Source: the human T2T-CHM13v2.0 reference genome, Homo sapiens
Assembly: GCF_009914755.1 (NCBI RefSeq)
Contig: NC_060925.1
DNA length: 64,000 bases
Reading direction: 5' to 3' (one strand)
Shown here: piece after piece, positions 44,701-58,939 of the stretch
Position numbering within the stretch: the first letter of the stretch is position 1
How the letters are laid out: each line of letters begins with the position of its first letter
Notes under the pieces: generated by a model
Databases searched by the model: none
Seen by the model: the letters and a program-made list of their open reading frames with translations, nothing else
What the model was told of the DNA's origin: nothing
Translations under genes and position numbers: made by a program

Positions 44701-45199
44701 TTTCTTCTTGGCTATTTTTAACTCTAGTTTGACCTGGTCACTTTCTCCAGAGATTTCTTTCCTTCCACATAATCTGTAAATTCTGAATGGCTGTCAGATT
44801 AAGTCTGATGCCATTCACTAGAAAAGATCTTTCATTAGGAGGCTCTACTTGAAACCAAACGGACTACAGCACATTTTCAACTTGGAAAGATTTGAAGAAC
44901 TGGGAAGCATGAAGATCTTTGTACCTAATTCAAGGCAGTGATGTTTGGACACTTCGACTGTGTCGTGTTTCTCTTAGAGCTCTTAGTAGGCTGGTTATTC
45001 TGAAAGGTTGGAGTGTCTCATAGATAAACAACAAACATCATTGAGTAATTATACTTTTGGGGCTCACGTTTGAGTATTGACAACTGTGAAAAGAGGAGGT
45101 ATAGACTCCTTACGAGTTTAGTCCTATGCTCTAAGACATGTGCATTTATCCCAGACTCTCGTATAAAAAGCCAGTGCCCATTGTGTGCAGAATAGGGTA

Positions 45200-45400
45200 G
45201 GACTGAGGCCAGACTTCCTGGGATCTAGTCCTGGAGCTAGCACTAACCAGCTGTGTTACTTATCTCCTATAAACCTCAGTGATCTTATCTTAAAAATAAG
45301 GTGATAATGATCCTTACCTCATTCAGTTTTGGCGAGGATTAAATGACATAAAATATGTTAAGAGCTTAGAATATGTCTGGCACTTAGTAAGTGCTCAGTG
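45200..45400 (+). mobile_element. MIR SINE
   Basis: cctcagtgatcttatcttaaaaataaggtgataat...aggattaaatga...tggcacttagtaagtgctca. Confidence 0.75.
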
Positions 45401-47041
45401 AATTTATGATGCGTAAATGGACATCAGATTATGTCAGATTTGTCAAGCTAGTTTTTGATTTTTTTTTTTCCAATCCCTCTCTGATTTTTTTCTGCGTCAC
45501 ATCTGTTATATGTGCCATTTTGAAGCTTTGTAATTTTGGGAGGAAGAGTAATGGGAATTGAATAATGTGGGCAGTCACTGAGCTGTTACTATAACAATAT
45601 TTGATCCATAGCCATTGGGATAAGACCATGCTATCAATTGTAGAAAGTAGCATTAGTAAAACATTTCATTTCTATGGCACTTTGGAGTTTACAATGTATT
45701 TTCTAATGTCCTGTCTAATTTGAATACAAAGAAAATATGAAGTGCAGAGAAATAACTGATTTTCTTTTTGTCTCATCACCAGGCTAGGTGTGACCCGGGT
45801 GTGCAGCCTCAGCTTGGTGATCTCACACATCATCAAAGCAGTTCTCTGCAGTACATTGAAGCACTTGTTGGGTACACAGAGTACCTGTTGTTAGGTTAAG
45901 CATTGTAGGAAGTTGTAAGAAAAGCAGCTTTGTATGGCCTTCGTGGCCATGTGTATGTAGTTCTGCCTAAGAGCAAAGTTAAATAAACTTGTAGCCAATA
46001 TGACAACACAGCCTGATGACAGAAAAAAATTCCCCAGATAACCTTAAAACTCACCTAGAAGGAGCGAGGATTTGTGTAGTGTTCCGGATGTCCCTTTGTT
46101 TTCACCCCATTCCTACGCCCGCCCAGACTTACCTTTGCTGTCACTGGGGCTCTTTTGGAGGCTGGGAAGGATTTTAATCCTGTCTGGTCCTTTCCCAAGA
46201 ATAGCAGTATGATTGAAAATGTGCCCACAAGCATAATCTCTGAATTGGTGGATTTAAAACAAAGTTGATGAGAGACTTCCAACGGCAAGTGTGTAAAAAG
46301 AAAATATCTCTTTAAAAGATGTTATTGATAATGAAAAGCTGAGACCCTTGATACTCTGCACACGGCTAGTATGGGCTTTATACAGATTCAGAGACATCCA
46401 TGTGTGTCCTGCTTATTGGTCCTTAGGCTACTCCCGCCCGCAAAGTGTAGCGCTGTCTTGGTGGATCCTGCCGGAATGACACATCTTTTTGCTTTGGGAT
46501 GATTGCTGGGTCCTGGGGTCTCTCTCCCTGCCTCTTCCCCAGCCCTACCCTATTGCACATTTTAGTGTGGCTTAGCTCTGTTGCCTTTGTGGTGGTTAAC
46601 ACTCAACCTCAGAGACAAAGATCTAAGCAGGAAGGAGGATCTATTGTGAACCGGTTGGAAGTTGATTTTTGACCCTAAGAAATTAGTTCACCTTATCATC
46701 AGATAGAGATGCTATTTGTACATTTCTCCCTCATACATGTACATTTACTCTCAAAATTTCCTGGGCTAGTAGGTCTCTCAAGGTGGCTGAGAGACCCTAG
46801 AAGGTACCAGTGTACCACTGGGCCGCATCCTTAAAGATGGTGCTGTGAGGGACAGCCATGGAGGCCCATGTGCGCCATTGCCCTTATCCCTTGGGGGCTC
46901 TCTGGATGAGGGCTTTCTCTGTCTTTGTCTTCTCTTGTCTTCGAGGTCCTTCTTACTCCCTTGTCCAATGTGTGACATCTTATCTTTTCCTCCATGAGCT
47001 CCATTTTTCTGTTCCAAATAGCTCTAGTCTGCTGGTATATT

Positions 47042-47354
47042 GTATTTGTTTTTTCTTTTCTTTTTTTTTTTTTTTTGACACAGAATTCCCACTGTCGCCC
47101 AGGCTGGAATGCAATGATGTGATCTCGGGTCACTGCAACCTCCGCCTCCCGGGTTCAAGCAATTCTCCTGCCTCAGCCTCCTGAGTAGCTGGGATTACAG
47201 GCGTGCGCCTCCACACCCAGCTAATTTTTGTATTTTTAGTAGAGACAGGGTTTCACTGTGTTGGTCAGGCCGGTCTCAAACTCCTGACCTGATGATCCAT
47301 CTGCCTTGTCCTCCCAAAATGCTGGGATTACAGGCATGGGCCACCGCCCCCATC
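47042..47354 (-). mobile_element. AluS SINE
   Basis: Full dimer; 15-bp TSD gtctgctggtatatt at 47027-47041 and 47355-47369. Confidence 0.93.
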
Positions 47355-48769
47355 GTCTGCTGGTATATTATACTCCTTTCTCTTTGTTTAGTTAAATTAT
47401 TTCTGCTTTGTTTTGATACATAACAGTGGTATATTAGTCTCAACCCTTTGGAACATTTTTAGGTCCCGATGCTATCATCCATTATGTTGAAGAGGACAGG
47501 TCAAAGGAAAGAGCCCTGTGGGACCTTCCCTGTGACCATTTAGGATTTAGAGTCATTTGGCCTGGAACTGTTATTTCCCAGCTACGAATCCACCTACCTG
47601 TCCCACCGGTCTGTGTCTCCAGCCTCCACTTCTACACATGGAAATCAGGAGAGGCTGCGTCTTAAATCCTTTTGGTAAAATCCAGACATTTATGACCTCT
47701 ACCTCTCCCATAGTTTACCATGCCTGACCCACAGTAGAGTTCTTAAGAAATACTATTGTCTTTTCCCCATTTCTTATTTCCTGTTTAAATAAAATAAATT
47801 CAGTATTTGTCTTTCTAGTGTGTTGACATGTCTCCTATTCTCCCAAATTCCTCAAAGACCAGTGCAGCAATTTACCAATCTCATTTTCACATTCCTTCAG
47901 TGTAATAAGTGAATTAAAGCCAATTTATTATCCAGGATTGCCTCATTTATTTCAAAATAAGCTGTGTACCAAGAAAGCTCTATTCCCTCAGCAAGAGCTA
48001 ACTCCAGTTTTAAAGCTCATTCTAGAGAAAAACAGACTTTTATAGTTTGTTTTAGCTATTAAAGACCCCTTTTAAAAAAGAAATAGGCCTTTGGATGTTG
48101 CCAGGGGTTAGAAAGCTAGTCCAGAGACTGAGAAGGTAAACAAAGAAGCAGGGGAAAAACTGATTTTGAGTGTTTAGAGTGTGTGAAATGTCACTTTTCC
48201 CCTTAACCTCTTCCTTAAGGAAAAGGAGAGATTGTTAAAGTAGTGTCTGGTCAGGGCGCACACATGTAGAAGGTTTCTGTAACTCTAGGGTAAAATACAG
48301 ATCTGTTAAAATTTTCATGAGTTTCTTTTACTTGTCAGAAGTTGCCTACAGCTTAGATGATATTTTCCTGATAGTTTGTAAACTTCTATTGACTTCTCTG
48401 TTTTTCTATTCGCCCATACCCATTTATTTTCTCTTTACTGCATTTTACTGTCTTAGGAAGATAAAACAGAAAAGCAAAACAAAACAAAAACCCCAAAAAA
48501 CTAAGTCTGAAGCAGACTGTTGAATAATATTACTTTAACTGATGAACAGATTTTCCTCCCACAAAGAAGGAAAAAGGGAGAAAATTCGTAGCTCTTCTCT
48601 CTTTTTAAAGACTGTGCTGGAAAATTCCAAAATGTTATCGGAATAAAGGAATGACTTCGGGGGCTCAGAACAACTCGGGGAAAGACACTAAAATTTATTG
48701 AGCATTTAACGTCACCTGCCAGAAATTTAAAATGTGTTTTTTAAAGAACAAACATTTCATGATTTTATT

Positions 48770-48895
48770 GTATCCTTACGACAGCCTTTCAGGGTATGGG
48801 GATTATCCCCATTTTACAGATGAGCAAACTGAGACCTGGAGAGGCTAAGTAACTTGTTACGGATCACCCAGGTGGGAACTGACCGAATTAAAATC
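48770..48895 (-). mobile_element. MIR SINE
   Basis: ccccattttacagatgagcaaactgagacctggagaggctaagtaacttg. Confidence 0.75.
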
Positions 48896-48905
48896 CAACA
48901 TTTCA

Positions 48906-49200
48906 TGCTAGGTGCGGTGGCTCACGCCTGTAATCCAAGCACTTTGGGAGGCCAAGGCGGGTGGATCGCCTGAGGTCAGGAGTTTGAGACCAGCCTGACC
49001 AATATGGTGAAACCCTGTCTCTACTAATAATGCAAAAATTAGCCAGACATGGTGGCACATGCCTGTAATCCCAGCTACTCAGGAGGCTGACAGGAGGATC
49101 GCTTGAACCTGCGAGGTGGTGGTTGCAGTGAGCCAAGAGCGTGCCATTGCACTCCAGCCTGGAGTGCAAGACTGTGTCTCAAAGAAAAAAAAAACCAACC
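48906..49200 (+). mobile_element. AluS SINE
   Basis: Full dimer with A-rich tail. Confidence 0.92.
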
Positions 49201-49871
49201 AAAAAACAACACTTTGATTTGCTGTAAGACCCTCTCTGTGAATATTAAACTGGTAAACCTCATACATAATGATGAGATTAGTCATCTACAGAAGTAACTC
49301 AGGGCTTGTCTGTAAACATCCTATGCTCCAAAGTGACTGCAGTGTAATCTCAGGAAGGCAAGACTGGAATGAGATCGTAAATAAAAAAATGGACATCTAA
49401 TACATACATTGGTCTCGTCTGAAGAAAGACTGTTAACAGAGGGGGATGGTCAGTATGGAATTGTAAACAGGAGGTCAAAGAGGACGAATGTGTTATTTAC
49501 ACCCACCAGAACCCAGGGAAGTGTGGTGAGAAGCAGCAGGAACTCTTCTGTCTGCTCGGCAGGCGGGCAGCTCTGTGTGGCGGAGACATTTGCTTCCACT
49601 ATTATGGTTGAAGTCAGCGGCCATAAGATCATCTATAGACTGAGAGAAGGCAGTGTGGACAAGGGCCTCAGAGCACAGGCTCTCTAGGGGAGCATGAGTT
49701 CATGTTCTCCAATCTTTCCAACTACCATGCATGGAAGATATTAGAATGAACTTTTCCCCAGATGAGAAAACAGGCATGGAGAAGTTACACTTGGGCAAGT
49801 CAAAGAGGGGTAGAGATAGGCTTAAGGCCAGTCTAAATTCAGAACTCTCTTGACTACGTTGCTCTATCTCT

Positions 49872-50184
49872 CTCTCTCTCTCTTTTTTTTCCTTGAGACG
49901 GAGTCTCACTCTGTTGCCCAGGCTGGAGTACAGTGGCCTGATCGGCTCACTGCAACTTCCGCCTCCCGAGTTCAAGCCATTCTCCTGCCTCAGCCTCCCA
50001 AGTAGCTGGGACTACAGGCGCCCGCCACCACGCCTGGCTAATTGTTTTTTATTTTTTTGTATTTTTAGTAGAGACAGGGTTTCACCGTGTTAGCCAGGAT
50101 GGTCTCGATCTCCTGACCTCGTGATCCACCCGCCTCAGCCTCCCAAAGTGCTGGGATTACAGGCATGAGCCACCGCGCCCGGCC
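49872..50184 (-). mobile_element. AluY SINE
   Basis: Y diagnostics ccgtgttagccaggatggtctcgatctcctgacctcgtgatcc; TSD acgttgctct(a/g)tctct; (CT)n at the tail. Confidence 0.93.
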
Positions 50185-51153
50185 ACGTTGCTCTGTCTCT
50201 TAATAGTCTTGTCATTCCTGGGATGCTGCCATTTGTTTTCTTTTCTAATGGATAGTGGATCATGAAGATGGGTTCACATGGGCGACTTGAATTCTAGAGA
50301 GCCAGGCAATGTCACAGCTTCCTGGCCAGTTTGTGCCTGTTGGGGGATTCCCCATCTTTGATGCCTTTGACTTCCAGTCCTTGAGGGACACTCACTTCCC
50401 TGGCAAGCACTGTCTTGGACTGCATGAGTGATTTTCTATTGGTTGGTTTCTGACCGGGCGGGCACTTAGCTCCATGCTGGTCTGTGCCTGGCTGAGATAT
50501 CTAAGAGCAGCTCATTGCCATATTCTGAATCCCAGCCCTCAGGGGAGCAGCCAGCACCTCTGCTTCCTGCCTCCTCTGGCAGATGGCCCTGATCTGAGAG
50601 TTTAAGTGATAGCTATCTGAGAGGAGTGATTGGTAGAGACAGTAGCACCTTATTTTAATAATTTAAAAATCATAAAATATGCCACTTTGGATACAAAAGC
50701 TTTTAAGAGGCACTTAATAAAAATGTTTAGTTGCTTTCCACAATGAGAAAACATTGTTATAACTAAAGCACACTTCAGATATTTAAGCATTAAAGCATCC
50801 CCAGAGACTTATTCTTAACAGTAAAATGTATTGCTTTGTTCAAGATGATTCTGTAATGGAGAGGCATTACAGAGGCAAGAAGAGACGAGAATTCTTTGTA
50901 ATTAGTGTGCACTGTTTGAATGTAAATGAGTACTTGAAAACAGTTTGCTCTCTTAAACATCCTAAGTTTTCCCACTGTCGTCTTCCATAAGGTATTAATT
51001 GGTTTAAACAGCCTCTTTATTTGTAGGCAGCACAAAGGTTAACTTCAGTCCAGCCCCTGTCTAGTTATCATCAACTCCAAATGCTAATGCTGTTTGAATT
51101 CATCAGACAGAATTGAGCTTTTTGTATGTAGTCATGGCCTCTTAAAACTTACA

Positions 51154-51459
51154 AGGCCAGGCGCAGTGGTTCATGCCTGTAATCCCAGCACTTTGGGAGG
51201 CCGAGGTGGATAGATTACCTAAGGTCAGGAGTTTGAGACCAGCCTGGCCAACATGGGGAAACCCCGTCTCTACTAAAAATACAGAAGTTAGCCGGGCATG
51301 GTGGTGCATGCCTGTAATCCCAGCTACTTGGGAGGCTGAGTCAGGAGAATTGCTTGAACACAGGGGGCGGAGGCTGTAGTGAGCCGAGATCGTGCCACTG
51401 CACTCCAGCCTGGGTGACAGAGTGAGACTCTTGTCAAAAAAACAAACAAACAAAAAACC
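51154..51459 (+). mobile_element. AluSx-like SINE
   Basis: Full dimer, (AAAC)n tail, flanking aaaactt repeat. Confidence 0.93.
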
Positions 51460-52605
51460 AAAACTTGGAAAGTATATATAGTGTCTCTATATGAAATGAG
51501 ACTAGAGAAATTTTATAAAAGAAGGGTCCTCAAGTATAGATAAAAGACAACTGTATTTTATTATAAATGCTTTCTTATATCTCAGACCCAGGTAAGTTAC
51601 AGGTCATGCTCAGCACCTGCCCCCGTGCATATAGCAGCAGGTTGTTGTAACATCAGCTTATTGAGAATGTGGATCACTATAACATAGGAGTCGTGTTATG
51701 CTGTTCTTTTAATTCCCTCATACCAGTGCACTACATTCCAATACTAACATGTGGAAAAAAAATACTGAATATCCCCTTGTTTTTTAGTAAGACCATAGAG
51801 CAGAACATTTGCAATTTTATAATGGTTTTATTTTTAAGGTCAGGCATTTAAAGTGGCACAAAGCTTTGATGTGGGCTTACATCTGAGTATTATAAACATT
51901 TAGCACAAAGTAAGAACTTACTTAAAAGATGCTCCAGCTTCCAGTGTGCTGTTTCTGTGTGAAATACTGAAAATTTGGGATCATTTTAAAAATAAACACT
52001 TATCTAAGTTGGCATGCAAAATGGAGCATTTAGAAAGCCATGAAAATAAGCCCATGCATAAAATATGGCATTAAAAAGGTAACTGTGAACTTTACAGATG
52101 GACTAGCATGAAAGAAGCTGTCTTTTGCTAGGGTGGATACGAGAGTTTGCAGCTCTTTGCTGCAAAAAAATAAGAGCAGAAACTTAAGTTGTTTAGTTGT
52201 TTTGAAATAACAGCTACACAGAGGGCTCCTTCTGGTTCATCCATATTTTATTAGGGCAGCAGTTAAAAAATTCATTAGAGACACCCATCTGTAGCTAGCA
52301 GCACTCTTGAGGGGGGCTCAGATGGTGATCAGATTTTGGAGTAGCACTTTACACTAAAAGAAAAAGACAATCGTTTAGGAGAATTAATAGCACAATGGAG
52401 AGGGGCTGCTTGATGCATTTGAAGCATACCCTTCCACATGGTTTATGAATCTTTTGCTACTGAATTCCTCAGCCACCTGCTTCAGTTGGGAAAGAGAGAT
52501 CCAGGCATAACAAGGAGAGAAAAATTGGATCAGAGAGTTGAGACTGTATTGGTCAGTGGAGAACATAGATAGAGTGTCTATGTGATCCGTGTTGGGCTCT
52601 CACTC

Positions 52606-52635
52606 GTGTGTGTTTGTGTGTGTGTGTGTGTGTGT
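52606..52635. repeat. (TG)n microsatellite
   Basis: Seen directly, one interruption. Confidence 0.9.
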
Positions 52636-52810
52636 AAATCACGTTGGCCTCCTGGGGAACTTCATCAGTACAAAAAAAAGCTTGTGGTCAGAGCTGAGGC
52701 TGCCCTGGTTTACCTTGGCCTTGAACTCCACCTCCCTGGTGGTCAGGTCCAGGTGCCTTTGCCTCATCTTTATTCATGAATTGAAAATAACTCTAGTTAT
52801 TGAATGGCAA

Positions 52811-53647
<837 letters not shown>

Positions 53648-53654
53648 GTGACTC

Positions 53655-53820
53655 TGTGCCAGGCATGGTATAGCACGGTTAAAGTCATAATCTCATCTAT
53701 CCTTCCAGCAATCCTAGGGGTGGAGTCCCATTTCACAGATGAGATAATGGAAGCAACAGAGAGGTTAGTCACCTGACCATGCTCACTCATAAGAGGCAGA
53801 GCTGAATTTCATCTTCTGCT
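53655..53820 (-). mobile_element. MIR SINE
   Basis: cccatttcacagatgagataatggaagcaacagagaggttag. Confidence 0.7.
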
Positions 53821-53857
53821 ATTAAGTCCAGGTCCATAAACTGTGTGCATATACATG

Positions 53858-54090
53858 TTTTTTTTAGATAAACTTTCTATTTTAGAATAATTATAGATTT
53901 ATCGCAAAGCTGCAAAGACAGCACAAAGTTCCTTTCACCCAGCTTCCTCTAACGGTAAGGGCTTATATAATCATGGTGCATGTATTAAGACTCAAAAATG
54001 AATATTGGTGCAATGAACTAAACTACAGATCTTATTCAGATTTCACCAGTATCCTTTTCCTGTTCCCCGATCCAATCCAGGATCCCACAC
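53858..54090 (-). mobile_element. L1M 3' end fragment
   Basis: tttagaataattatagattta...ttcacccagcttcctctaa...cagatcttattcagatttcaccagt. Confidence 0.7.
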
Positions 54091-54634
54091 TGTATGTCAC
54101 ATGCATGGTTTTTGACCCTTAAACACGAAGTGGGCTGGATGTCAAACTGCTGGGTGGCCTGTTTCTCCTCATTACTGATGAAGAAAGTGAGACGCTGGTG
54201 CCATCTGTCACCTTCCTTGTGGGGCCCAGGACTCTCATTGTCTAATGGAAAGGGGAAATCCTATGTAGGGTAGAAGATTTAGAACAGAGGCATGGGGACA
54301 AATTTTAAATATAGACCATACTTTTTCTACTTGTAGTAGTTTGTAGCTAAAACCACATTCAAGAAATAGAAAAAGATTGGGGGAGAGAGAGTATTCTGCA
54401 AAGCAACAACCTCTCTAGCATCATTAAAGTTTATGATGCATTTGAATCCCAAGTGTACTAGGATGTTAAATAGGACTTTTCCTTAAAACAAAGCCTTCCA
54501 GTCCTGACTGCCCCCTAGAATCACCTGGATAGTGTCAAGAAGCACCAATACCGGAGGCCCATCCCTCGATGTTGTAATTTCATCAGTCTTGGTTGTGATC
54601 TGAACCTCAGAATTTTTAAAAGATACCACCATGA

Positions 54635-54748
54635 TTTTTTTTTTTTTTTTTGAGACAGAGTCTTGCTCTGTTGCCCAGGCTGGAGTGCAATGGCGTGACT
54701 GTGGCTCACTGCCGCCTTGCCTTCCCGGGATCAAGCTATCCTCCTGGG
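54635..54748 (-). mobile_element. Alu 3' fragment
   Basis: T tail plus partial right arm. Confidence 0.85.
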
Positions 54749-54780
54749 CACATCTAGGATGCATGTAATTTGCCTGTATT

Positions 54781-54825
54781 CTGTGACCAACCCTTCTGTG
54801 AACACCCCCTCTGTGACCAACCCCT
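54781..54825. repeat. 3 x 15-bp tandem repeat
   Basis: ctgtgaccaaccctt / ctgtgaacaccccct / ctgtgaccaacccct. Confidence 0.85.
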
Positions 54826-55339
54826 CCTGGAATCCCAGTGTGGTTTCCTTGGATGGTTTCTGGTCACTTTTTTCGCAAGCCCTCTTCTTCTTTCAGGATT
54901 TACCTTCTTAGGCGGTCTCATTTAACCCTCCTGGCTTTCCCACTTGCATGGCATGTGTTTCCACCTCTCTGTGGCCCAGGTCCTGCCTTGGCCCTGTCCT
55001 CTCGGTCCCCACCTGGAAGCCACCCTGGGCCTATTCCCATCCTGTCTTCTGCCTCTTCCTCCACAGCTGCCACACTGTCTGTACCCAAGTCCCAGTGGTT
55101 CTGAACTTCTTCAAGCTGGCTGCACTCAACACTGCCTTTCACACTGTGCTTGCTGTTCTCTCCACCGGCAATGACCTCACCCTCCTTTTTGGCTTGGGAA
55201 GCCTCAGCCTTCCAGTTTACTTTCCTGGCCTCCTGCAGTGGAGTTGCTCACAGCCTGGTCTGCATCTGCTTGTTGACATGTCTGTCTTCCCCAGGGAGCC
55301 ATGAGCTCCATTGAGGACAGGGACCATGACTTTGAAAAA

Positions 55340-55511
55340 TTAATAATTAATTTTTAGAGATGGGGTTTTGCTAAGTTGCCCAGGCTGGAGTGCAGTGGCT
55401 ATTCATAGGAGGAATCATAGCTCATTGCAGCCCTGAACTCCTGGGCTCAAGTGATCCTCCCAGCTCAGTCTTCCGAGTAGCTGGGACTACGGGGGCATAT
55501 ATGCACCCAAC
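55340..55511 (-). mobile_element. FAM (fossil Alu monomer)
   Basis: gctggagtgcagtggctattcatagg diagnostic; flanking ttgaaaaa repeat. Confidence 0.82.
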
Positions 55512-56526
55512 TTGAAAAAGTATTATCAAATATTTCACAGTTATAAAAACTGTATTTATATATAATTATGTGTTTAATATATAATTACACATAGGTTTTA
55601 CATGTGCTGTTTGAAAATAATACAATCAGTTCCTGTGTAACCACCACTTAAGAAATGGAACATTACCCTTGAATTACTATATAATTGCATGCATTTTTTC
55701 CTATGTATTGTTTGAGAATAATACAGTAGGCACCTGTGTAAATACCAGCAGGCTTAAAAATGGAACATTACCCTCGAGGTCCCTTGCACATCACGTCCTG
55801 TTCCCTGTTAAGACTGGTTTATCATTCTTTTGCTTTTGTTTATACTTTTAGCACGTATCTATCTCTTGTGCTAAAAGACTGTTACAAGCAGAACAGTCAT
55901 TCCAGTTTTAGTGATTCTGGGCTGAGACTGTAGACAATTAAATAAAAAGCCAATTCAGTGTAGGATTCATGCCTTCCGACTGTGAGGCTGTTGTAAGGAA
56001 GTAGCGTTTGTGGGAATGCCACCCAGGAGTCAAATCTCTAGCCTTTGGGTGATCAGGAGGCTGACAGGAAAACAGCGACAGAGCTTTGCCTCTGGTGGAA
56101 CTCCTGGTGGCCTGCAGACCTGTTGGCGTCTGTACCTGCAGTCCACTCAGCTTTCCAGATGACTGAAATGCCCCAACAGGGTAGAGTGGCTCGCCTCTCC
56201 AAGAAAGAGCAGTTGGTGAATAATCATGCCTGGGAAAACAATCCGCCTGGCAAAGAGATGGATGGTATCCGTTGGTGAATGTGATGGCAGCAAGCCCAGT
56301 GCAAGATTCTGTGGCGATTCCTTGATTGACCTGCTCGGTTGGTGGATTTTGAAAGGGAGTGGGAAGGACTGCTTCACTTGCGTAGAACTCTCCCTCTCTC
56401 TTGCGCTATCTTCATATCGATGTCTACCTTTCTCTTTGTGTATATGTGTTTATAAATATTTCATATGTATATTTGTGTACAGACATATACACATTTGGAT
56501 TTATATTTGTATACATTTTATATTAG

Positions 56527-56959
<433 letters not shown>

Positions 56960-57057
56960 GGCAAAAGGCACTTCTAACCCAAAAGTCCACAGTCCAAAGT
57001 CTCATCTGAGACAAGGCAATTCCCATCTGCCCATGAGCCTGTAAAATCAAAAGCAAG

Positions 57058-58307
57058 TTAGTTACTTCCTAGATACAATGGGGGTACCAGTATTGGGTAA
57101 ATACAGCTGTTCCAAATAGGAGAAATTGGCCAAAACAAAGGGGTTACAGGGCCCATGCAAGTCCAAAATCCAGTGGGGCAGTCAAATTTTAAAACTCCAA
57201 AATGACCTCCAGATCTCACATCCAGGTCACACTGATCCAAGAGGTGGGTTCCCATGGTCTGGGGCAGCTCCACCCCTGTCGCTTTGCAGGGTACAGCCTC
57301 CCTCCCAGCTGCTTTCACAGGTTGGCACTGAGTGTCTGCAGCTTTTCCAGGTGGATAGTGCAAGCTGTAGGTGGATCTACCATCCTGGGGTCTGGAGGAT
57401 GGTGGCCCTCTTCTCACAGCTCCACTAGGCGGTACCCCAGTAGGGACTCTGTGGGGGCTCCAACCCCATATTTCCCTTCCTCTGCCCTAGCAGAGATTCT
57501 CCATGAGTGCCCAGCACCTGCAACAAACTTCTGCCTGGGCATCCAGCCGTTTCCATACGTGTTCTGAAATCTAGGTGGTGGTTCCCAAACCCCAGTTCTT
57601 GACTTCTGTGCACTTGCAGGCTCAACACCAAGTGGAAGCTGCCAAGGCTTGGGGCTTGGACCCTCTGAAGCCACGGCCCGAGCTCTATGTTGGCCCCTTT
57701 CAGCCATGGCTGGAGCAGCTGGGACACAGGGTACTAAGTCCCCATGCACACAGCATGGGGACCCTGGGCCCGGCCCACAAAACCTTTTTTTCCTCCTGGG
57801 CCTCCAGGCCTGTGATGGGAGGGGCTGTTGTGAAGACCTTTGACATGCCGAGGAGATGTCTTCCCCATTGTCCTGGGGCTTAACATTTGGCTTGTTGTTA
57901 CTTATGCAAATTCCTGCAGCTGGCTTGAATTTCTCCTCAGAAAATGGGTTTTTCTTTTCTGTCACATTGTTATGCTGCAAATTTTCTGAACTTTTATGTT
58001 CTGCTTCCCTTATATATCTGAATGCCTTTAACAGCACCCATGTCACCTCTTGAAGGCTTTGCTGCTTGGAAATTTCTTCTGCCAGATACCCTAAATCATC
58101 CCTCTCAAGTTCAAAGTTCCACAAATCTCTAGGGCAGGGGCAAAATGCTGCCCATCTCTTTGCTAAAACATAACAAGAGTCACCTTTGCTCCAGTTCCCA
58201 ACAAGTTCCTCATCTCCATCTGAGACCACCTCAGCCTGGACCTTATTGTTCCTATCACTATCAGGCTTTTGGTCAAAGCCATTCAACAAGTCTCTAGGGA
58301 GTTCCAA
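57058..58307 (-). pseudogene. MaLR internal gag-like ORF remnant (297-aa and 119-aa pieces)
   Basis: LELPRDLLNGFDQ...GNWSKGDSCY...CPCPRDLWNFELERDDLGYLAEEISKQQ is characteristic of the THE1 internal ORF. Confidence 0.85.
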
Positions 58308-58939
58308 ACTTTCTCACATTTTCCTGTCTTCTTCTGAGCCCTCCAGACTGTTCCAGCCTCTGCCTATTACCCAGTTCCAAAGTTGCTTCCACATTTTTGG
58401 GTATCTTTTCAGGAATGCCCCACTCTACTGGTACCAATTTACTGTATTAGTCCATTTTTATGCTGCTGATAATGACATACCTGAGACTGGGAAGAAAAAG
58501 AGGTTTAATTGGACTTACAGTTCCACATGGCTGGGGAGGCCTCAGAATCATGGCGGGAGGTGAAAGACACTTCTTACATGGTGGCGGCAAGAGAAAATGA
58601 GGAAGAAGCAAAAGCAGAAGCCCTTGATAAACCCATCAGATCTCATGAGACTTACTCACTACCATGAGAACAGTATGGGGGAAATTGCCCCCATCATTCC
58701 ATTGATGTCCCACTAGGTCCCCTCCCACACAACATGGGAATTATAGGAGTACAATTCAAGATGAGATTTGGGTGGGGACACAGCCAAACCGTATAAGATT
58801 TGTATTATTTTTATATCACGCATGTGTGCTCCCCCAACAGTGTTCCTTCATGCACATGGATGGTGGTGTTGAAAATGCACTTTCTGTTGGACTTCCAATT
58901 TTAGGCCAAGCTTAGGCCCAGGTTGTTGAATTAATAATG

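Noticed and set aside
52640-52775. Coding-looking minus-strand stretch (RQRHLDLTTREVEFKAK)
   Set aside because: Short, no recognisable homology, no convincing splice acceptor
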